Assembly (NCBI GenBank): GCA_025361565.1
Contig: JANYKN010000050.1
Location: 17,914-81,913 of the forward strand
Direction: 5' to 3'
Origin: Bacteroidota bacterium
GTDB taxonomy: Bacteria > Bacteroidota > Bacteroidia > Bacteroidales > NBLH01
DNA: 64,000 bases
The first letter of the stretch is position 1, and every line of letters begins with the position of its first letter. Of the stretch, positions 57,117 to 64,000 are shown one piece after another. The notes beneath the pieces were generated by a model. It ran no database searches and was not told the DNA's origin. It saw only the letters and a list, made by a program, of their open reading frames with translations. Made by a program: the position numbers and the translations under genes.

Positions 57117-58223
57117 ATGCGGCTCATTAATTTAGTAAAAAAATATTTTAGGAACATCTTATTGTTTATAAATATAGTAAGTGCTACCTTGCTTCTTTTA
57201 TCTTATTTATCAGTTTATATCAGTCCTGTAAAATTTTCGGGATTTGCTTTTTTAGGTTTAATTTATGCATTTTTATTCTTTGTAAATATCATATTTCTCA
57301 TCCTATGGATTTTTTTAAAATCAAAGTTTTTTCTCATTTCTACTTTCAGTATCATATTAGGATGGAATTTTTTAACAAATTTTATTCAATTGAATTTTAA
57401 TCATAAAGAATTCAATACTGAGCAACAAACGATTCATATTTTATCCTATAATGTAAGGGTATTTGACCTTTGGAATTGGTCATCAGAAAAAAACAGCGCC
57501 ATTCAAACTTTTGATTTTATTAGAAAAAGTAAAGCAAAAATTGTTTGCTTACAAGAGTTTTATTCAAGTAAAATAAAAGGAAAAAATGCCGAGGATAGCT
57601 TATTAAATAATTCAATTCTAAAATATGCACATATATCTTACACGGTCAAAAATAATAAAACATATAATCACGGAATTGCCACTTTCTCAACATATCCAAT
57701 AATAGCAAAAGGAAACCTAGAACTTAATAAGGGTGATAATTTTTGCATCTTTTCCGATATACAAGTCGGAAAAGATACAATTCGGGTATATAACCTCCAT
57801 CTTGAATCTATTCATCTTGGTTATGATGATTATCATTTGATTGAAACCATTAATTCCAGCGATACTATAAATGTAAAAGGCATTAAAAGCATTCTTTATA
57901 AACTAAAAAGAGGATACAAAATTAGGGCAATGCAATCAGCACTGGTAGTTTCACATTTTGATAAGTGTCCCTATCCAATCATTTTATGCGGAGATTTTAA
58001 TGATACCCCGGTATCTTATGTCTATGAGCAAATGACAAAAAAACTGCTTGATTCATTTTGTGAATCGGGCAATGGGATTGGAAGTACATATATTAACAAA
58101 TATTCGACTTTTAGGATTGATTACATATTGCATTCGCCTGATTTCAAGGCATTTAACTTTGAAACGCCACATATCGAATTCTCCGATCATTATCCTGTCG
58201 AATGCATTATTCAAATCAATTAA
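57117..58223 (+). CDS. Membrane-anchored endonuclease/exonuclease/phosphatase (EEP) family protein
   Basis: It has three N-terminal TM helices. EEP motifs are ILSYNVR, VCLQEF, LCGDFN and SDHYPV. Confidence 0.8.
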   Translation: MRLINLVKKYFRNILLFINIVSATLLLLSYLSVYISPVKFSGFAFLGLIYAFLFFVNIIFLILWIFLKSKFFLISTFSIILGWNFLTNFIQLNFNHKEFNTEQQTIHILSYNVRVFDLWNWSSEKNSAIQTFDFIRKSKAKIVCLQEFYSSKIKGKNAEDSLLNNSILKYAHISYTVKNNKTYNHGIATFSTYPIIAKGNLELNKGDNFCIFSDIQVGKDTIRVYNLHLESIHLGYDDYHLIETINSSDTINVKGIKSILYKLKRGYKIRAMQSALVVSHFDKCPYPIILCGDFNDTPVSYVYEQMTKKLLDSFCESGNGIGSTYINKYSTFRIDYILHSPDFKAFNFETPHIEFSDHYPVECIIQIN

Positions 58224-58243
58224 AATTTATTCTGATCTTTTAT

Positions 58244-59224
58244 TTATTGCGAATTATTAAATGGAAGATTTGACAAATCAACATTTCCTCCCGAAATAAT
58301 TATCCCTACTTTTTTACCTTTGAAAAATGATCTGTTTTCAAATATGGCAGCCAATGGCACAGCCGATGAAGGTTCAACAACGATTTTCATCCTTTCCCAA
58401 ATCATCCGCATAGCACTAATAATTGACATTTCCGAAGCTGTAAAAATTTTATCTACGCTTGAAAGTATAATTTTAAAAGTGAGATCGCCCAACGAAGATA
58501 ATAATCCATCAGCAATTGTTTTTGGAGAAACAGAAGGAACGAATATCCTGCTATTGAATGATTTATATGCATCATTTGCCATTTCGGGTTCCGCACCAAA
58601 AACCTGAATTTTAGGGTTTAAATATTTAGACGCAATAGCTGTCCCACTAAGTAATCCTCCTCCACCAACAGGAGCAATAATAATATCCAAATCATCCATC
58701 TCATCACAAAATTCTAATGCAACAGTACCTTGTCCTGCAATAACCATTGGATTGTTATAAGGATGAACAAAATTTGCTCCTGTTTTTTCGATTATCTGAT
58801 TTAATGTATTTTCACGGTCCTCAAGGGTTGGCTCGCAATAGGTAATTTCTGCACCATATGATTTTACTGCTTCTTTTTTAACCAAAGGAGCATTGTTGGG
58901 CATCACCACATATGCTTTTGCATTTACCTTAGAGGCGGCAAGAGCTAGAGCAGCTGCATGATTCCCTGAAGAATGAGTTGCAAAACCTTTTTGCTGTTCT
59001 TTTACATTCAAGCTCTGAACTGCATTACTCGCTCCTCTATATTTAAATGCACCTACTTTTTGAAAATTTTCACATTTAAAATACAATTCTGCATCCAGTA
59101 ACTTATTCAAATTAGCTGAACTAATTATTGGAGTGCGATTTATAAGTAGCTTGATACGTTCATATGCATCCATGATATCTTCAAATCCTGGAATATTTTC
59201 TTGTGCTTTAATTAATTTATTCAT
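58244..59224 (-). CDS. PLP-dependent threonine/serine dehydratase (serine racemase-like, fold type II)
   Basis: The PLP-lysine motif is KCENFQKVGAFKYRGA. Other motifs are SSGNHAAALA and VGGGGLLSG. Confidence 0.85.
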   Translation of the reverse strand: MNKLIKAQENIPGFEDIMDAYERIKLLINRTPIISSANLNKLLDAELYFKCENFQKVGAFKYRGASNAVQSLNVKEQQKGFATHSSGNHAAALALAASKVNAKAYVVMPNNAPLVKKEAVKSYGAEITYCEPTLEDRENTLNQIIEKTGANFVHPYNNPMVIAGQGTVALEFCDEMDDLDIIIAPVGGGGLLSGTAIASKYLNPKIQVFGAEPEMANDAYKSFNSRIFVPSVSPKTIADGLLSSLGDLTFKIILSSVDKIFTASEMSIISAMRMIWERMKIVVEPSSAVPLAAIFENRSFFKGKKVGIIISGGNVDLSNLPFNNSQ

Positions 59225-59387
59225 CCTTCTATTTTATATTTTATGATATTGTTCAGACTTAATTATTACTTTGAATTTCAACAAATTAACTTTATGTTTA
59301 AATAACTCAGAAAAAAGTTTTCTGTCTTTGTTTTGGAAATATTGCATTTTTATGAAAATCGAATTAGATAGACTTAATTCAAAAAAT

Positions 59388-60803
59388 TTACTTGCCATTC
59401 CGTTTAATTATTGTCAAAATAGTGAATATCAGTATTTTAAAATCCAGATATAAAGACATATTTTTAATATAAATAATATCATATTTTAAGCGTTGTAACA
59501 TTTGATCAAGATTTTCAGCATATCCAAATTTTACCTGGCCCAACGAAGTAATACCAGGTTTGGTTTTTAAAAGCATCATAAATTCGGGTGCTTTTTCAAC
59601 GATTTGATCAATATAGAATTTTCGTTCTGGTCTGGGGCCTATAATTGCCATATCACCTTTCAAAACATTAAAGAATTGAGGAATTTCGTCAAGCCTTGAC
59701 TGACGCATAAATTGTCCAAATTTAGTTATCCGGTTATCTTGTGCAGATGATAACGCTGGACCATTTTCTTCCGCATCCTTTTTCATTGACCTGAATTTAT
59801 AAATCGTAAATTCCCTTCCGTGCAAACCTATTCGAATTTGTTTGTAAATAATCGGCCCAGAAGATGAAAGCCACACACCCAATGCCGCAAACAAATATAA
59901 TGGTGAACAAACGACAATAAATAAGACGGAACAAACTTTATCAAATAAATATTTAAAATTCTTAGTCCAAATCGGCATCAATTCTGAAGAAATATGTAAA
60001 AGTGGAGTACCCTCAATAAATGACAATTCAGTTTTCCCTATTAAAATCTCAAAAAGATCTGGTATTATTTTTATGTCAGCCGGACAGCGCTGCAATTGCG
60101 ATATAATTTTTTCAATTTCAGCATGCTCATTCGTTTCAATTGCGATGATTACTTCCTCAATCTGGCATTCTTCAATAATTTTCTCAATCTGGCTTATATG
60201 TCCTAAATTCTCACAAATTGCTTCAAGTTGAGGATTTACTTTTGAATAAACACTTGCAAAACCTACAATCCGATAACCTGCTGACTTATTTTTACCTGAA
60301 TAGGATTCAATAATTTCAACTGCTTTTCCATTGCTTCCAATTACCAGAGTGTTAAACCCGATTTTCCCATTTCTTATTTTTCTAATAGTATTGGTAGTTA
60401 ATATATTACGAGGTAAATAGGTAAGACAGAAATGAAGGCAAAGTAAAACTATAAATGAATAATAATAATCGGTATAATTCGAAACTACATCATCGAGTAA
60501 TAGTGCGAAAAATAAAAAAACGACTCCAAAAATAGAAAACGTCAAAGTATAACTGAATTCTTGAAGCCTGGATTTTCTATAAATTTTATGGTAATATCCA
60601 CTAAAAAAATATAGTATTATCCAGAAAAAACTAATTGCTATTGTATTGATTAGAAATTGAGCACTTATATTGAGTTTTACTTCAAATCCGTAGTATGAGG
60701 ACTCAATGAATCTTTTCCTGAATAGATTAAAAAAAATCCAAGCAACTGCAGCACTTAGAAAATCAATTAGTATATATTTTAAAGTATGCTTCTTTTTATT
60801 CAT
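59388..60803 (-). CDS. Polyprenyl-phosphate glycosyl-1-phosphate transferase (WbaP/WcaJ-like bacterial sugar transferase)
   Basis: It has N-terminal TM helices and a central Rossmann-like region. The C-terminal sugar transferase domain has GPRPE, KPGITSLGQV and DIIYIKNMSL. The start is taken at MNKKKH. Confidence 0.85.
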   Translation of the reverse strand: MNKKKHTLKYILIDFLSAAVAWIFFNLFRKRFIESSYYGFEVKLNISAQFLINTIAISFFWIILYFFSGYYHKIYRKSRLQEFSYTLTFSIFGVVFLFFALLLDDVVSNYTDYYYSFIVLLCLHFCLTYLPRNILTTNTIRKIRNGKIGFNTLVIGSNGKAVEIIESYSGKNKSAGYRIVGFASVYSKVNPQLEAICENLGHISQIEKIIEECQIEEVIIAIETNEHAEIEKIISQLQRCPADIKIIPDLFEILIGKTELSFIEGTPLLHISSELMPIWTKNFKYLFDKVCSVLFIVVCSPLYLFAALGVWLSSSGPIIYKQIRIGLHGREFTIYKFRSMKKDAEENGPALSSAQDNRITKFGQFMRQSRLDEIPQFFNVLKGDMAIIGPRPERKFYIDQIVEKAPEFMMLLKTKPGITSLGQVKFGYAENLDQMLQRLKYDIIYIKNMSLYLDFKILIFTILTIIKRNGK

Positions 60804-61279
60804 TATAACCATGTCCGATTCTTCATAATGTTAAAGTAGGAAATAAATATTACTTTACTATATGATTTTCTTTAAATCATTATCTGCCAGAAATATGTTT
60901 TTTATCCAGATTGAGTTTAATAAGATAATTTAAGGGTATTAATTTTTAATTATTTGAAAAAAAATAAAAGCCCAATCAAACAGATATACTAAACGAACTT
61001 TTAGACGTTATTAATATCTATTTTATTCTTTTTAAAACTATTATTTTCTTAAAATTGAAATCTACATAAAAAGCCAATTTTTAACATGAATTACATAAAT
61101 TACAAAAATAACAAATCAATTTTCCATAATCGTAGAAAATAAAGTATAAATAAGATGAAAATTCAGACTTTTATTGTATTTGGATCTTGTGGAAATATTA
61201 TACGGAATTTATTCAGTAAAACTATTGTAAGAAAATCGATAGATTTATATTTATCGGCTAAGTTTACATCTTGTTTTTA

Positions 61280-61287
61280 TATTTTTG
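61280..61287 (+). promoter_or_regulatory. Candidate -7 element TAttTTTG for the SprE/PorW-like gene
   Basis: It lies 25 nt upstream of the TTG at 61313. Confidence 0.4.
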
Positions 61288-61312
61288 CTTAAACTTTAAT
61301 TAATCAATCATT

Positions 61313-63970
61313 TTGAAAATTCATAATAAAGATAAGTTCGAAAAAGCAGGCATTTCAATATTCTATAGGCTAGCCTTGTTCTTGCTACTAATATTACCAT
61401 TTGGGTGTAGTACTAAAAAAAATACAGGCATGAGTAGGGCATATCACAACCTTACTGCAAAATATAATGTATATTTTAATGGAAATGAAAGCTTAAAAGC
61501 AGGAATGCGCCAAATTAAGAAAACCTATAAAGAAGATTACACAAAAATACTTCCGGTTTTCAGATACGAAGATATCAGTGTTTCAACAATGATAGGAGGT
61601 GATATGGATTTGGCCATTAAAAAATGTGCCAAAACAATTAAAACTCATTCAATTACAGCAAAGCCCAAATTTGATAAAAAGGAAATAAGCAAAGAAAACA
61701 AAGATTTTTTGTTGAAACAAGAATACTGTAAATGGATAGATGACGCATATTTGTTAATGGGGAAAGCCCATTTTTATAAAAGAGAGTTCGAAACTGCACT
61801 TCAAACCTTTTTGTTAATAACCAATAAATTTAAAAAAGAAGAAACCAATGATGAGGCAATGTTATGGATTGCAAAAACTTATGCCGAAACTGGAGAATAT
61901 AAAAATGCTGAAAATACCATACTTGAACTCAAAAAGACTAAACGATATGACAAGAAGTTTATGCTGGAGATGGATTTAATCCTCGCCTCCATTTACATGA
62001 AACAAAAAGATTATGACAATGCCGCAATAAAGCTGAACTCGGCAATTACAAACGAAAAAAAGAAAAAAGAAAAAGCGAGACAAACTTTTATTTTAGCTCA
62101 ACTTTATAAATTCGATGACAAATACATATTGGCTACCGATAATTTTAAGAAAGTAGTTAAAATGAACCCTGATTATGATATGACCTTCGCTGCCAACATT
62201 AATCTTGCTGAAATCTTCGAAAAAAGTGGAGCTTCATCCGGTGACTTAAAAAAGCAATTAATGAAGATGGCTAAAGATGAAAAAAATACGGATTATCTTG
62301 ATCAACTATATTATGCTTTAGGTAAAATTGAACTGAATGAAAAAAATAATGAAAAAGCGATTGAATATTTTCAACTTTCAGCAGGTTCTGCTTCTTCAAA
62401 TAAAACACAAAAAGTAAAAACTTTTCTTGCTTTAGCCGATTTCTATTATCAACACAATAATCATAAACTAGCTGAAAACTATTACGACAGTACTGCCAGT
62501 TCGATTGAAAAGTCTTTTTCGGATTATGAAAAAGTGAATAAGCAAATTCTAAGTTTGAGAGATTTAACGCACAATTTAAATATCATAGAAAAAGAGGACA
62601 GTGTTCAGTTTTTAGCCCGAATGCCCGAAAACGATAGAAATAAAATTATCGATAATATCATTCAGAAAATAGTTGCTGAAGAACAAAGGCAGAATGAAAT
62701 TAAAAAAAATGCAGAATTAGATCCCAATTTAATAGATAACAATGACTATTCAAGAAATACGAACCCAATGGAAGGCGGAAAATTTTATTTTTACAATCCT
62801 TCAACTGTAAGTATAGGACAAACAGAGTTTAAGAAAAAATGGGGCGATAGAAAACTTGAAGATAACTGGCGCAGAAGTGATAAACAAACGATTGAAGACA
62901 TTCAGGATGTGACTGAAAGTGTTGATTCTACTAGTACCAAAACAAAGACAGATAAAGCAAAAGTTTCCAATATAAAATCCCGCGAATTTTACCTTCAGGA
63001 TATTCCCTTGACCAAGGAAGAGATGCTAGAATCAAACAAAAAAATAGAAAAAGCAATGTTTGTTTCGGGAGAAATTTATTATAAGCAACTAAACGATATA
63101 CCAAATGCTACTGCACAATTTGAAAAATTATTAGTTAAATTTCCTCAAACATCCTTCAGATTAGAAACTATGCAAAACCTTTATGTCATATATAATAAGG
63201 ATATGAATTTTGCTTTCTCTGAAAAATACAAACAATTAATTATTATTGAATTCCCTGAAAGCACCTATGCTAAATTACTTAAAGATCCAGGCTATGCTGA
63301 TATGTTAAAATCAAAACAAATTGAAATTGAAAAATTATATCAATCTGCTTTTAGCAGTTACAAAAACAAAGAATATTTGCAAACTATTGGCTTATGTGAA
63401 AATGCAGATAAAAACTTTCCTGACAATGAATTGCAGCCAAATTTTATTTACCTCAAAGCAATGTCTTTTGGCGAAAATGGAGATAAATCCAAATTGAAAG
63501 AAAATCTTGAATTGTTGGTTTCAAAATTCCCTCAATCAGAACCTGCCAAAACAGCTGTTGCAACCCTAGAAGTAATGAATAGTAAAAAATTTGAAGAAGA
63601 AATTTATACCTTTCAAAAAGATTCTTTACACTATTATGTATTGGTATTTCCAAAAAACCAAATTGATACCAATAAGCTTAAATTTAAATATATAGCCCTA
63701 AATGCAGAAAAATATACTCAGTCCGATTTAAATGTTAGTATACAAAATTTGGATTCTGGCCGAGATATGATAATAGTTCAGTCATTTAAAAATTCAAAAG
63801 AAGCTATTATTTATTATCAGTCTGTTATTGTGAATAATGTATTACAAGATATTCAGAAATTTTCTCCGCTACACTTTGTCATTTCTATAGGAAATTATCA
63901 GAACTACATCAAAAATAAGCAAGATCTTAAATACATGAAATTTTTTGACAAATATTATTTAACCAATTAA
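61313..63970 (+). CDS. sprE: TPR-repeat lipoprotein resembling the T9SS/gliding protein SprE (PorW)
   Basis: It is an ~885-aa lipoprotein (LLILPFGCSTKKNT). The N-terminal segment SRAYHNLTAKYNVYFNG matches my memory of SprE/PorW. TPR-like repeats run throughout. TTG is the apparent start, since no in-frame ATG precedes the lipobox. Confidence 0.65.
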   Translation: MKIHNKDKFEKAGISIFYRLALFLLLILPFGCSTKKNTGMSRAYHNLTAKYNVYFNGNESLKAGMRQIKKTYKEDYTKILPVFRYEDISVSTMIGGDMDLAIKKCAKTIKTHSITAKPKFDKKEISKENKDFLLKQEYCKWIDDAYLLMGKAHFYKREFETALQTFLLITNKFKKEETNDEAMLWIAKTYAETGEYKNAENTILELKKTKRYDKKFMLEMDLILASIYMKQKDYDNAAIKLNSAITNEKKKKEKARQTFILAQLYKFDDKYILATDNFKKVVKMNPDYDMTFAANINLAEIFEKSGASSGDLKKQLMKMAKDEKNTDYLDQLYYALGKIELNEKNNEKAIEYFQLSAGSASSNKTQKVKTFLALADFYYQHNNHKLAENYYDSTASSIEKSFSDYEKVNKQILSLRDLTHNLNIIEKEDSVQFLARMPENDRNKIIDNIIQKIVAEEQRQNEIKKNAELDPNLIDNNDYSRNTNPMEGGKFYFYNPSTVSIGQTEFKKKWGDRKLEDNWRRSDKQTIEDIQDVTESVDSTSTKTKTDKAKVSNIKSREFYLQDIPLTKEEMLESNKKIEKAMFVSGEIYYKQLNDIPNATAQFEKLLVKFPQTSFRLETMQNLYVIYNKDMNFAFSEKYKQLIIIEFPESTYAKLLKDPGYADMLKSKQIEIEKLYQSAFSSYKNKEYLQTIGLCENADKNFPDNELQPNFIYLKAMSFGENGDKSKLKENLELLVSKFPQSEPAKTAVATLEVMNSKKFEEEIYTFQKDSLHYYVLVFPKNQIDTNKLKFKYIALNAEKYTQSDLNVSIQNLDSGRDMIIVQSFKNSKEAIIYYQSVIVNNVLQDIQKFSPLHFVISIGNYQNYIKNKQDLKYMKFFDKYYLTN

Positions 63971-64000
63971 TTTAATCCAATTTATCTAATACCCATTTTT

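Noticed and set aside
1-64000. Whole-window search by eye for rRNA, tRNA, CRISPR repeats, transposases, integrases, phage genes and direct repeats flanking an island
   Set aside because: None was recognised. All intergenic regions are short and AT-rich, and no repeated spacer-repeat periodicity was seen. A covariance-model scan (tRNAscan-SE/Infernal) would be needed to exclude small ncRNAs.

Overview
This is an AT-rich chromosomal segment that looks like Bacteroidota. Supporting signs are a SusC/SusD pair, a BACON-GH5 enzyme, GldH-like and SprE/PorW-like gliding/T9SS lipoproteins, a recurring TAnnTTTG promoter motif, and few Shine-Dalgarno sites. About 45 tightly packed protein genes are present. 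I saw no rRNA, tRNA, CRISPR array, transposase, integrase or phage genes. Layout: (i) 1-9990 is a minus-strand polysaccharide utilization locus: SusC, SusD, a surface glycan-binding lipoprotein, BACON-GH5, and a PA14-containing GH31 that is truncated by the window edge. (ii) 10.4-15.6 kb holds a lipid kinase and potDCBA. (iii) 15.9-30.0 kb is a co-directional six-gene cluster and is the most interesting part of the window. It encodes a membrane-inserted STAND NTPase with a WD40 propeller, a TonB-dependent receptor with a TPR-like N-terminal extension, a divergent DRE-TIM (HMGL-like) enzyme, a small secreted beta-rich protein, an MFS/NTT-like transporter fused to HEAT repeats and a degenerate cNMP-binding domain, and a propeller-PP2C (SpoIIE) phosphatase. 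I propose it as a candidate undescribed envelope-spanning sensing/transport module. That proposal is inference only. (iv) 30-64 kb is mostly housekeeping: pnp/rpsO, maeB, upp, pgk, holB, trmB, ispD, lplA, a KAS III paralog, prolyl oligopeptidase and deoxynucleoside kinase. It also holds a few accessory genes: a VWA lipoprotein, a FemAB-like/deacetylase-like pair, radC, a WbaP-like sugar transferase and a SprE/PorW-like gene. All functional calls rest on motif and architecture recognition by eye, because no database search was possible.
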